DNA from: Candidatus Marinacidobacterium sp.
Lineage (GTDB): Bacteria > Acidobacteriota > Vicinamibacteria > Marinacidobacterales > Marinacidobacteraceae
Reading direction: 5' to 3'
Length of the DNA: 64,000 nucleotides
Assembly (NCBI GenBank): GCA_965220965.1
Contig: OZ244852.1
Location: 1,920,001 to 1,984,000 of the forward strand
Made by a program: the position numbers and the translations under genes. Below, piece by piece: positions 18,506 through 27,703 of the stretch (position 1 is the first letter of the stretch; every line of letters starts with the position of its first letter). The notes beneath the pieces are model-generated. The model was not told the DNA's origin. It saw nothing but the letters and a program-made list of their open reading frames with translations, and searched no databases.

Positions 18506-19306
18506 ATGGTCCCGACAGCCTCTCAACTCGCGCTCCGCGCTTTCCTTCTGCTGCCCGCCACCGGGCTGCTCCTCGCCGGATGTGGCGGGGGCGACGATTC
18601 CGGATCGGACGCCGCCATGCCCGCTCCGGTCGCGATGACCACCGTGGATCCGGCGACCGCCGGGACGATTACCGGCAGGGTCATGTTCGACGGCGAGGTT
18701 CCGCCGGCCGACGCGATCCAGATGGCCGCCGATCCCAACTGCGCCCGGATGCATGACTCCGCGGTCATGACCGAGTTCGTGGTCACCGACGCGGAGGGCA
18801 ACCTCCAGAACACCTTCTTGTACATCAAGGAGGGCCTCGAGGACATGCGGTTCCCGACCCCGACGGAGCCGGTGGTTCTCAACCAGGAAGGCTGCATCTA
18901 CCTGCCGCACGTCTTCGGAATCCAGGTCGGACAGCCGCTGAACATCCTGAACAGCGACCAGACCCTCCACAACATCCACGCGACCCCGAGCGCGAACCAG
19001 GAGTTCAACATCGGCCAGCCGGTCCAGGGCATGAGCACCACCCGCACCTTCGATTCGGTCGAGGTCATGGTGCCGTTCAAGTGCGATGTCCATCGCTGGA
19101 TGAACAGCTACGTGGGCGTGCTGGACCACCCCTACTTCGCGGTCAGCGGCCCGGATGGCTCGTTCACGATCGGCAACGTCCCGCCGGGGACCTACCTGCT
19201 CGGCGCCTGGCACGAGCGCTACGGCGAAATGGACGTGGAGGTCACGGTGCCTCCGTCCGGCGCCGGCGAAGCCAGCTTCACCTTCACCCCGCCGACCGAG
19301 GAATAG
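18506..19306 (+). CDS. Lipoprotein with cupredoxin-like and carboxypeptidase-regulatory-like domains
   Basis: Lipobox LAGC; NQEGCIYLPHV, NSDQTLHNIH, KCDVHRWM, HPYFAVS..DGSFTI..VPPGTY...WHE. Confidence 0.82.
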   Translation: MVPTASQLALRAFLLLPATGLLLAGCGGGDDSGSDAAMPAPVAMTTVDPATAGTITGRVMFDGEVPPADAIQMAADPNCARMHDSAVMTEFVVTDAEGNLQNTFLYIKEGLEDMRFPTPTEPVVLNQEGCIYLPHVFGIQVGQPLNILNSDQTLHNIHATPSANQEFNIGQPVQGMSTTRTFDSVEVMVPFKCDVHRWMNSYVGVLDHPYFAVSGPDGSFTIGNVPPGTYLLGAWHERYGEMDVEVTVPPSGAGEASFTFTPPTEE

Positions 19307-19377
19307 GACCAGCAGCAACCCCTGTCCCGGAGCGGCGGCGCCACTCCGGGACGGGCGCCGCCGCTACACTCGCGGAC

Positions 19378-19956
19378 ATGGTCCCCGCGTCGGCGCCGGA
19401 AGCCTCGGGCGACGAAATCACCGGCTCGACCACCGTCTTCTCCGGCAGCCTGTTGCGCGTGCGCGTTGAACAGGTCCTGACCCCGGCGAACGCCGGGGCG
19501 CCGAGGCGGACGGTCCGCCGCGAGACCGTGGCGCACCCCGGAGCGGTGGCCGTCGTGGCCGTCACCAGGGCCGGCGAGCTCGTCCTGGTGCGCCAGTACC
19601 GGCACGCGGCGCGGCGTCACCTGCTCGAGATTCCGGCGGGAACGCGCGAGCCCGGCGAGCGACCGGAGGAAACGGCGCTCCGCGAGCTCCGGGAAGAAAC
19701 CGGATACAAGGCCGAGTCGCTCCATCCTCTCGGCTCGTTCTTCACCGCCCCGGGCTACTGCACCGAGGAGATCTTCCTCTTCCGGGCGGAGGGCCTGACC
19801 GCCGGAACGCCCGACCCGGACCCCGGGGAGGACATCGAGGTCGTGCTTCTCGCGCTTCCCGAGGCGCGCCGCCGGCTGCGGGACGGAGAATTCCGGGACG
19901 CGAAGACGCTCGCCGGGCTGGCGGCGCTGTTCCTGGGGAAGGAGGAAGCCGCATGA
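19378..19956 (+). CDS. NUDIX hydrolase (ADP-ribose pyrophosphatase-like)
   Basis: HPGAVAV, LVRQYR, Nudix box EIPAG..EPGE.PEETALRELREETG, DAKT. Confidence 0.92.
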   Translation: MVPASAPEASGDEITGSTTVFSGSLLRVRVEQVLTPANAGAPRRTVRRETVAHPGAVAVVAVTRAGELVLVRQYRHAARRHLLEIPAGTREPGERPEETALRELREETGYKAESLHPLGSFFTAPGYCTEEIFLFRAEGLTAGTPDPDPGEDIEVVLLALPEARRRLRDGEFRDAKTLAGLAALFLGKEEAA

Positions 19957-20510
19957 CGCTCTCCCGGTTCCGGCCGCTGCGATGCGCCGGCCTGGCGGTC
20001 GGTCTGGCCCTGGCGCTCGGAAGCTGCGCCGAGCGGCCCGAACCGCCGGTTCCGGGCGGAATCGCTCCCGGCTTCGAACTGCTCGACATGGAGGGCCAGC
20101 CGCACCGGCTGGCGGACTTCGCCGGGCGGGTCGTGGTGCTGAACTTCTGGGCCACCTGGTGTCCTCCGTGCGTCGAGGAGATGCCCTCGCTCCAGCGCCT
20201 CGAGGACCTGCTGGAGGAGGAGGGCCTGTCGGTCGTGGCCATCTCGGTCGACGAACGCCTCGCCGACGTCCCCGCCTTCGTCGAGGAGCACGAACTGCGT
20301 TTCCTGGTTCTCCACGATCTGGGGAAGCGGGTCTCGCGCCGCTACGAGGTGTTCCAGTTTCCCGAGACCTGGATCATCGGTCGGGACGGCCGTCTGGTCT
20401 CCCGGGTGATCGGCGCGCGGGACTGGTCGGCGCCCGCCTCGCTCCGCGTCTTCCGTGACCTGCTCTCGCCGGAGGCCGCGTCCCCCGCCACCTCGGCGGG
20501 CGCGAACTGA
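19953..20510 (+). CDS. TlpA/ResA-family thiol-disulfide oxidoreductase (lipoprotein)
   Basis: LNFWATWCPPCVEEMP, cis-Pro FPET, lipobox-like LGSC. Confidence 0.92.
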   Translation: MTLSRFRPLRCAGLAVGLALALGSCAERPEPPVPGGIAPGFELLDMEGQPHRLADFAGRVVVLNFWATWCPPCVEEMPSLQRLEDLLEEEGLSVVAISVDERLADVPAFVEEHELRFLVLHDLGKRVSRRYEVFQFPETWIIGRDGRLVSRVIGARDWSAPASLRVFRDLLSPEAASPATSAGAN

Positions 20511-20527
20511 ACGCGAGCTACAATAAA

Positions 20528-20611
20528 GGGTTGCAAAGAGCCCGGCTCACGGGCTCCCGGAGCGCTGTAACCCGAACTCCGACGAGGCCGTCGGAGCGCG
20601 CGGCGCTCCGG
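20528..20611 (+). ncRNA. Candidate structured leader RNA upstream of rpoZ
   Basis: Four complementary segment pairs within about 85 nt (see findings); no known family recognised. Confidence 0.3.
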
Positions 20612-20649
20612 CTTGAGCGTTCACCCGCGCGCGTAGGGGGAGGAACCCG

Positions 20650-20949
20650 TTGAAGATCGAAGAGTCCAGCCCTTTCATGCAGGTCAACGCCGTCGCCCAG
20701 CGGGTGCGCCAGTTGACCCTCGGCTCGGCGGCGCGAGTCAAGACGAACTCCCGCCGGCCGACGGCCATCGCGCTCACCGAGCTCCGGGCGGGAAAGATCG
20801 AGGTCTACGACCCGGCGGAGGCCGAGGCGATCCTCGCCGATCCCTCCGAGAGCGAAGAGGCGGACCCCGGCGCCGTCGAGGCGGCGCGCGAGGGCTTCGA
20901 GGAAATCTTCGACGACGCCGTCCCCGAGCCCGCCGCCGAAGAAGCCTGA
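20650..20949 (+). CDS. rpoZ: RNA polymerase omega subunit
   Basis: F..V..VAQRVRQL..G..ARV....RRPT.IAL.EL..GKI pattern, 99 aa, strong RBS GGAGG. Confidence 0.8.
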   Translation: MKIEESSPFMQVNAVAQRVRQLTLGSAARVKTNSRRPTAIALTELRAGKIEVYDPAEAEAILADPSESEEADPGAVEAAREGFEEIFDDAVPEPAAEEA

Positions 20950-21066
20950 TCCCGGCGACGGACGGGCGCCTGTTCGCGGCGCCCGGTCCCGTCAGCGACC
21001 GGTCCCGGCGCAGCGCCGATTCCCCGGCGCATCCCGACGCTCCCGGCGTCTGAGGGGGACGCGTCC

Positions 21067-22299
21067 ATGAAGATCCCGTCGCGCGGACCGCTGGGGGAGA
21101 GCGGCCGGATCGGAGAGATCGACGTTCTCCGCGGGTTCGCGCTGCTCGGCATCCTGGTCGTGAACATCCAGGCCTTCGCGATGCCGACGCCGGCGCTCTT
21201 CAACCCAACCGCATATGGGGACCTGGAAGGGGGCAACCTGGCGGTCTGGCTCGCCACCCGGATGCTCGCCGAACAGAAGTTCATGGGCATCTTCTCGATG
21301 CTGTTCGGCGCCGGGATCGTCCTGATGGCGCAGCGCGCGGAACCGGGGGGAGGCGGGCGGCGCATCCACTACCGGCGCATGAGCCTGCTGGCGGGTATCG
21401 GCCTGCTCCACGCCTACCTGCTGTGGGCCGGCGACATCCTGTTCCTCTACGCGGTGTGCGGGATGCTCGTCTACCCGCTCCGGCGCCAGCCCCCGGGCCG
21501 CCTGCTCCTCCTGGGAACCGCCCTCCTCGCGGTCGCCTCGGCGTACTCCATCGCCTCGGGTCTGTCGCTTCCCTACTGGCCGGAAGAGCTCCGGGCCAGC
21601 GTGACCGCCGAGGCGTGGCGCCCCACCGCCGCCGTTCGGGGCGAAGAGCTCGCCGCCTACCGTGGCGGCTGGCTCGAAGCGCAGCCGCTGCGGAGCGCTC
21701 AGGCGCTGGAGTTCCAGACATTTCTCCTGCTCACCTGGGGGCTCTGGCGCGCCGGCGGGATGATGCTGCTCGGGATGGCGCTGTTTCGCTTCGGGGCGTT
21801 CGGCGCCTCCGGCTCGGCGCGCCTCCACGCGGCGCTGATCGCGGGCGCGGCGGTGATCGGTTTCCCGCTGCAGGCGTACGGCCTCTGGCTCGACTTCGCG
21901 GGCGGCTGGCCGCTCGCGTCGCTCTTCCTCGGGGCGCAGTTCGTCTACTGGCCCAGCGTGGTGGTGAGTCTCGGCTACGTCTCGGCGGTCATGCTGGCCT
22001 GCCGGACCGCGGCGCTCCGGTGGGTCACCGTTCCGCTCGCGGCCGTCGGGCGGACCGCGCTGACGAACTATCTGCTCCAGACCATCCTCTGCACGACGGT
22101 GTTCTACGGCCACGGCCTTGGCTGGTTCGGCTCGGTGGACCGGGTGGGGCAGTCCGGCGTGGTCGCGGCCGTCTGGGCCATCCAGCTCGCGGCTTCATCG
22201 CTGTGGCTCCGGTGGTTCCGTTTCGGCCCGGCGGAATGGGCCTGGCGGGCTCTCACCTACGGCATCCGCCCCCCGATGCGGCGGACGCCCGCCGCCTGA
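21067..22299 (+). CDS. DUF418 (YeiB-like) membrane protein
   Basis: RI..IDVLRGFALLGILVVNI, KF..IFSMLFGAG, WAGDIL, VGRTALTNYLLQT and FRFGPAEW.WR.LTY motifs. Confidence 0.9.
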   Translation: MKIPSRGPLGESGRIGEIDVLRGFALLGILVVNIQAFAMPTPALFNPTAYGDLEGGNLAVWLATRMLAEQKFMGIFSMLFGAGIVLMAQRAEPGGGGRRIHYRRMSLLAGIGLLHAYLLWAGDILFLYAVCGMLVYPLRRQPPGRLLLLGTALLAVASAYSIASGLSLPYWPEELRASVTAEAWRPTAAVRGEELAAYRGGWLEAQPLRSAQALEFQTFLLLTWGLWRAGGMMLLGMALFRFGAFGASGSARLHAALIAGAAVIGFPLQAYGLWLDFAGGWPLASLFLGAQFVYWPSVVVSLGYVSAVMLACRTAALRWVTVPLAAVGRTALTNYLLQTILCTTVFYGHGLGWFGSVDRVGQSGVVAAVWAIQLAASSLWLRWFRFGPAEWAWRALTYGIRPPMRRTPAA

Positions 22300-22333
22300 G
22301 CTCGCGGCCCCGCGTCGGGCATACTCTGTGGCC

Positions 22334-23668
22334 ATGAGTGAGACCCCCATCACCGCCCGCCGGCTTCGCACGCTCGGCATCCTCGCGATCCTGACGGCGC
22401 TGGCGCCGACCGCGGCGACAGCGAAGCCCGAAGCCCGCATCCGCTGGGAGCGGATGTGCCAGATCCGGGCGGACAAGTTCGATCTCATCCTGCCGGAGGC
22501 GATGCGCGAGAACTCCGTGGACATGTGGATCACGGTGATGAAGGAGGGCCTCCGCGACCCGCTCTGGGAGGACCTCGGGCGCGGCTACATCGGAAACATC
22601 GGCTACTACATCTTCACCGACCGCGGCGGCGACCGGATCGAACGCGTCGCCATCGGCGTCTCCGGCTACAAGCTGGAGAAGTGCGGGGTCTACGACGAGG
22701 TGCTCTCCGGGGTCGATCTCGCCGCCTTCGTCGCGGAACGCGACCCGCAGCGCATCGGCGTCAACATGTCGCGGAGCATCGGCGCCGCCGACGGCCTGTC
22801 GCACACGAGCTGGCTCCACCTGCGGGAGACGCTGGGCGAGCCCTACGCCGACCGGATGGTCTCCGCGGAGAAACTGATCTCGGACTTCCGCTCCCGGCGG
22901 GTGGCGAGCGAGATCGTCGCCTTCGGCGAGGCCGGCGAGTGGTCCCGGAAGATCGCCGAGCGGGCGTTCTCCAACGAGGTCATCACGCCGGGAATCACCG
23001 CGCTCGAGGACGTGGCGTGGTGGATCGAGGAACGGCTTCTCGAAAACGGCTTCGGAACGTCCTTCGGGCTGCCCTCGATCTACATCACCGGCCCCAACGG
23101 AATCGAGGCCACATCAAACGAGCGGATCATCCAGCGCGGCGATCTGCTGATGATCGACTGGGGAGTCGGCTACCTGAACTTCTTCACCGACATGAAGCGG
23201 ATCGCCTATGTCCTGAAGGACGGCGAGACCGCCGCCCCACCGGGGATCCAGAACGCCTTCGACCGCGGGCGCGCCGCGCGGGACGTGATCCGGCGAACGA
23301 TCCGGCCGGGACCGACCGCCGGCGCCATGCTGGAACGACTGGGCGAGGCCCTGACCGAGGCGGGCTTCCAGATGATCGAGTTCAACCAGCCCACCGACGA
23401 TGACACGACGGACGTCGTCGTCGGGTGCCACTCCGTCGGGAACCTCGGCCACGGCATCGGCCCCTCGATCGCCTGGTTCAACCCGACCCGGCTGGAGTAC
23501 GAGATCAGGCCCACCAACATGTTCGCGATCGAGCTGTTCGCCTATACGAAAGCCGAGGAGTTCGGCGGGGCCAAGGTCCGCATCCCGCTCGAGGACGACG
23601 CGATCGTGACGGAACGCGGCGTCGAGTGGTTCTACCCGGCGAACGACCGGATCCTGCTGATCCGATAA
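22334..23668 (+). CDS. Secreted M24-family metallopeptidase
   Basis: Signal peptide; GDLLMIDWG..FTDMKRIAY, CHSVG..GHGIGP, IEL, LEDD metal-ligand pattern. Confidence 0.85.
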   Translation: MSETPITARRLRTLGILAILTALAPTAATAKPEARIRWERMCQIRADKFDLILPEAMRENSVDMWITVMKEGLRDPLWEDLGRGYIGNIGYYIFTDRGGDRIERVAIGVSGYKLEKCGVYDEVLSGVDLAAFVAERDPQRIGVNMSRSIGAADGLSHTSWLHLRETLGEPYADRMVSAEKLISDFRSRRVASEIVAFGEAGEWSRKIAERAFSNEVITPGITALEDVAWWIEERLLENGFGTSFGLPSIYITGPNGIEATSNERIIQRGDLLMIDWGVGYLNFFTDMKRIAYVLKDGETAAPPGIQNAFDRGRAARDVIRRTIRPGPTAGAMLERLGEALTEAGFQMIEFNQPTDDDTTDVVVGCHSVGNLGHGIGPSIAWFNPTRLEYEIRPTNMFAIELFAYTKAEEFGGAKVRIPLEDDAIVTERGVEWFYPANDRILLIR

Positions 23669-23678
23669 GGAGACCTCC

Positions 23679-26129
23679 ATGCGCCGACTCAGCGCCCTTC
23701 TCACGGCTGTCCCCCTCGCGACGCTCCTGGTCGCCGCCGGCGCGGCGGGAGTGGCCGAGGCCGTCCAGCTTCGCAGCCAGTCGGAACTCACCGCCGCCGA
23801 CGCCGATCCCGGCTTCCGGATCACGCTGGATCATCTCGGCGGCGGACCCCGCGTCTTCGGGCTCGCGCCCCGCGACCTGCGCTGGTCGCCGGACGGGGAG
23901 ACCCTCTACTTCCGCTGGCGCGAGGACCCCGAGCCCGGCCAGTTGCCCGCCGACGATCCGTGGTTCGCGGTGGGCGCCGACGGCGCCGGCCTGATCCAGC
24001 TCGGGGAGGACGGCATCCGCGCCGTTCCGGGATCGGACCTCGTCCGGTCGGGCGACGGGAGGGTCGCCGCCTGGACCCGCGAGGGCGACCTCTTCGTGTG
24101 GACTCCCGAAGCGGGCGCCCGGCCGGTGTTCGCCGGGGCGCGGAACGTGGGAGCGGTCCGGGTCCGGCCGGACGGGTCGGCGGTCCTGTTCGCCACCTCG
24201 GGCCTCTCCGCGAACGCGTCGGAGCACGGGGACCTGTGGGAGTTCCGGACGGATTCCGGGCTCGTTCGGCAGGTCGCCGTGGTGGTCCCCGAAGAGAAGG
24301 ACCCCGAGGGTCAGGAGGCCTGGCTCGAGGAGCAGCAGCAGGAACTCCTCGGAGTCGTGCGGGACCGGAAGGCGCGCGAGGAGCGCCAGCAGGACCTCCG
24401 CCGCATGCGCCGCGCCGCCGGACCCCAGGCGATTCCGGTCCCGGAAGGCGAGCGGGCCCTGGACCTGCGGCTGTCTCCTGACGGGAAGTTCGTGGTCTTC
24501 CGCGCCCGGAAGGACCCGCCGAAGGCGGACCGCACCGCCTTCATGGAGTTCGTCAACCTGAGCGGCGAGGCCACCGCGAAGGACGCCCGGCCCAAGGTGG
24601 GCGAAGCGCTTCCCTCCTGGCGCATGGGCGTCGTCGCGGTGGACCCCGGAGTGCGTCCCGAGGACATCGAGGTCCGCTGGGTGGATGACGGAATCGAAGA
24701 GGACACGGTGATCCACGGACCCGACTGGAGCCCGGACGGACTTCAGGCGGCGGTCCAGATCCTCTCGATGGACCACAAGCAGCGCTGGGTCGGCCTGCTC
24801 GACATCGAGGCCGGGACGGTCCGGACCCTGGACCACCAGACCGAGGAGGCCTGGATCGGGGGACCGCTGGTCGTCGGCCGGTGGTCTCCCGGCTACCTCG
24901 AGTGGCTTCCCGACAGCCAGGCCTTCGCCTTCGGCTCCACCGCGAGCGGCTGGGCCATGCTGCTGCTCGCCAACATCGACGGGGAAGTCATGCCGCTCAC
25001 GCGGGGGGCGTTCGAGGTGCGCCGCGCCGAGCTGGCGCCCGGCGGCGACGCCTTCCTCGTCACCACCAGCCGCGAACACCCCGGCGAGGAGCACCTCTAC
25101 CGGCTGCCGGCGCGCGGGGGCGAACTCGAACAGATCACCGGCGGCGAGGGGATGCACACCTGGGCGGTCTCACCGAAGGGCGACCGGGTGGGGGCGGTCA
25201 GCCAGTCGCTCACCGAACTGGGCGACCTGTACCTGATGGACGTCGCGGCGGGCGCCGAACCGCTGCGGATCACGAAGAGCGGGACGGACGCCTTCTTCCG
25301 GGTCGCCTGGGCCGACAGCGACATCGTGGAGTACGACCTGCCCGATGGCGCCACCGCCTGGGCCCGGATCTGGGACCCGCCTCCGGGCGCGACCCGGGGA
25401 GCGATTCCCGCGGTGGTCTACGCCCACGGGTGCGGCGAGTGCGCCCAGGCGGTGGTCAAGGGATGGGGCCGCCTGGGAAGCATCGCCTACGCCAACTTCC
25501 TGATCCAGCAGGGCTACGCGGCGGCCTCGGTGGACTACCGGGGCAGCTCGGGCTACGGACACGCCAACCGGACCTACGCCTACCGGCAGATGGGCGTCTC
25601 GGACATCGACAGCGCCCTGCCCCTGCTCGACCTGCTGGTCGAGGACTACGGCGTCGCCCGAAACCGCATCGGGGTCTACGGCGGTTCCTACGGGGGGTTC
25701 TTCACGCTGATGTCGCTCTTCCGCCACCCGGGCGCCTACGCCGCCGGCGTGGCGCTCTACCCGGTCACCGACTGGGTCCACTACAACCAGGGCTACACCA
25801 GCCGCATCCTGAACGGGAGCCAGCTCGACGACGAGGAGGCCTACCGCGTCTCCAGCCCGGTGTACTACGCCGACGGACTCTCCGACGCGCTCCAGATCCA
25901 GCACGGCCTGGTGGACGGGAACGTCCAGATCCAGGACTCGTTCCGGCTGGCGCAGATCCTCATCGAGAAGCAGAAGGACTTCGACCTGGTCGTCTATCCG
26001 GTGGAGGACCATGGCTGGGACGAGATCCCGACGCGCCGCGACAGCTACCGACGGATGACGGAGTTCTTCGACCGTCACCTGCGGGGTGACGCTCCCGCGC
26101 CCCGGGAGACCGAGGACCCGCGGCGGTAG
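23679..26129 (+). CDS. Secreted S9 (prolyl oligopeptidase/DPP IV-like) peptidase
   Basis: Signal peptide, propeller repeats (WSPDG), DYRGSSGYG, GGSYGG nucleophile, HGLVDGNV, EDHGW. Confidence 0.92.
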   Translation: MRRLSALLTAVPLATLLVAAGAAGVAEAVQLRSQSELTAADADPGFRITLDHLGGGPRVFGLAPRDLRWSPDGETLYFRWREDPEPGQLPADDPWFAVGADGAGLIQLGEDGIRAVPGSDLVRSGDGRVAAWTREGDLFVWTPEAGARPVFAGARNVGAVRVRPDGSAVLFATSGLSANASEHGDLWEFRTDSGLVRQVAVVVPEEKDPEGQEAWLEEQQQELLGVVRDRKAREERQQDLRRMRRAAGPQAIPVPEGERALDLRLSPDGKFVVFRARKDPPKADRTAFMEFVNLSGEATAKDARPKVGEALPSWRMGVVAVDPGVRPEDIEVRWVDDGIEEDTVIHGPDWSPDGLQAAVQILSMDHKQRWVGLLDIEAGTVRTLDHQTEEAWIGGPLVVGRWSPGYLEWLPDSQAFAFGSTASGWAMLLLANIDGEVMPLTRGAFEVRRAELAPGGDAFLVTTSREHPGEEHLYRLPARGGELEQITGGEGMHTWAVSPKGDRVGAVSQSLTELGDLYLMDVAAGAEPLRITKSGTDAFFRVAWADSDIVEYDLPDGATAWARIWDPPPGATRGAIPAVVYAHGCGECAQAVVKGWGRLGSIAYANFLIQQGYAAASVDYRGSSGYGHANRTYAYRQMGVSDIDSALPLLDLLVEDYGVARNRIGVYGGSYGGFFTLMSLFRHPGAYAAGVALYPVTDWVHYNQGYTSRILNGSQLDDEEAYRVSSPVYYADGLSDALQIQHGLVDGNVQIQDSFRLAQILIEKQKDFDLVVYPVEDHGWDEIPTRRDSYRRMTEFFDRHLRGDAPAPRETEDPRR

Positions 26130-26130
26130 A

Positions 26131-26165
26131 AGAAGACCCGGCAGAAGACCCGACAGAAGACCCGG
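26131..26165. repeat. Three tandem 12-bp direct repeats AGAAGACCCG(G/A)C
   Basis: agaagacccggc-agaagacccgac-agaagacccgg between convergent stop codons. Confidence 0.85.
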
Positions 26166-26180
26166 TTGGGCCCGCCGCCG

Positions 26181-27464
26181 TCAGAACCAGCGGCGGCGGA
26201 ACCGGTTGTTGACGACGTTGTTGAAGATGGATCCGAAGCGGAATTCGAACCCCACTTCCATCCGGTAGTCGAAGTCCGTCGGCCGCTGCTGAAGGCGCAG
26301 GAGCGCCTCGGCGTCGGTGGCGTCCTCGGCGGCCAGGTAGATCTGGTCGTTGACCGAGGAGACGTTGCCGGACACCTCGAGCGAAAGCCCCCGGAAGATC
26401 CGGAACTCGAGGTCTCCGCCCACGGAGAGCAGCCGCTGGTTCATGTCGTGCAGGAAGTGCGAGCCGCGAACGTTCACCGAGGCGTTGCCCCACGGCTGGC
26501 GCTGACTGAACCGCACCTCCATCCCCTGCTCCCAGCGTGTCTCCTCGGTCTCGCCGTAGATCGTCGTCTCCACGTAGTCCCGGTACGCGGGCCCGATCGT
26601 GTAGTAGAAGGTGAAGCTGCGGCGGGTGGCTTCCTCGTAGGGGAAGACGCTGTACTCGAGGGCCGACCGGACCTCGACGCGCAGGTCCTGGTTGTAGGTG
26701 ACGTTTCTGGCGGTGTTCGTGTCGAGCCCCACGGACCAGTGGTCCAGCAGCGCGTAGACGATCCGCGAGTTGACGTTCCACCCGGTGCGGGTGTCCTCGA
26801 AGGTTCCGTCGGAGAGCTCGATCCGGAGCCGGTCGTTCTCGACCTGGCCGGAGAAACGGATCCGCCATTCCGGGGTGACCCGTGACGCCGAGAAGCCGCC
26901 CTCGAGGCTCGTTCGCCGCTCGCTGGTCTCGCCGTCGATCCCCACTTCCCCGTCGACCCGGAAGACCCAGAGGTTCCAGGGATCCTCGACTTCGTCGCGG
27001 GAGACCACGCCGCGCGCCGCCGCCTCCTCCTCGCGATCCACCCGGCTCAGCATGACGAGACCGTGGAAGCCGGCCTCTTCGGCGAAAACCGCGAGCCCCA
27101 GCGACAGCGACTGGACGATCCCGTCCAGCGTCTCCCGGTCGGTGTTCGTCGGGGGCGCCCGGTACCGCTGGCGCTTGCTGTAGTCCGCGTGCTCGCCGAC
27201 GCCCAGGAAGTCGAACAGGTACTCCCGCCCGCCGGCGCCGGTCGTCTGGGAGGTCATGATCAGGTGGACGTCGGAGTCCTCCTTGTCGTTGACCCAGTTC
27301 ACCCAGTCGATGTGCGTGCGGTAGTACCGCGAATCACAGCGGGGCCCCGAGCAGTCGAAGAACACCCCCGGACGGCCATTCTGCGCCGATGCGTTGGATG
27401 GCGAGGTGGCGCTCCCCACCGCAGCCAGAGCCGCGATGGCCAGCGCGCGGCCCGTCAGACTCAT
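26181..27464 (-). CDS. Secreted hypothetical protein, probable outer-membrane beta-barrel
   Basis: Signal peptide (ASA-Q), VFFDC..CD, EDPWNLWVF, alternating beta-strand pattern, C-terminal FGSIFNNVVNNRF. Confidence 0.75.
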   Translation of the reverse strand: MSLTGRALAIAALAAVGSATSPSNASAQNGRPGVFFDCSGPRCDSRYYRTHIDWVNWVNDKEDSDVHLIMTSQTTGAGGREYLFDFLGVGEHADYSKRQRYRAPPTNTDRETLDGIVQSLSLGLAVFAEEAGFHGLVMLSRVDREEEAAARGVVSRDEVEDPWNLWVFRVDGEVGIDGETSERRTSLEGGFSASRVTPEWRIRFSGQVENDRLRIELSDGTFEDTRTGWNVNSRIVYALLDHWSVGLDTNTARNVTYNQDLRVEVRSALEYSVFPYEEATRRSFTFYYTIGPAYRDYVETTIYGETEETRWEQGMEVRFSQRQPWGNASVNVRGSHFLHDMNQRLLSVGGDLEFRIFRGLSLEVSGNVSSVNDQIYLAAEDATDAEALLRLQQRPTDFDYRMEVGFEFRFGSIFNNVVNNRFRRRWF

Positions 27465-27703
27465 GTCCTTCCGGGAAGGACGACGACCGCGGCGGGGGCG
27501 CGTCCCGGCGGACGCCGCAGGCCCTACGGAGAGTCCAGTCTTCGTTCGAAGATCCAAGGGAAGCCGGGGTCGGAAGCCTTCGTCGCGCCGAACGAAGTCA
27601 GGCGCCGGAACACCTCGATTCGGATCGGGGAGGCGCGCCCCGAAGACTGCCCGTCAACATCCGCCGGTAGCGTACCTCGCGGCACTGACCCCTGGACCTG
27701 TTC

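Noticed and set aside
20557-20625. SAH riboswitch (GAGCGCUG...CGGCGCUC resemblance)
   Set aside because: It lacks the GAGGAGCG/CCAGGCUC P1 core, and the downstream gene is rpoZ rather than an SAH-recycling gene.
26131-26165. Mini CRISPR array
   Set aside because: The units are 12 bp with no spacers, and there are no cas genes.
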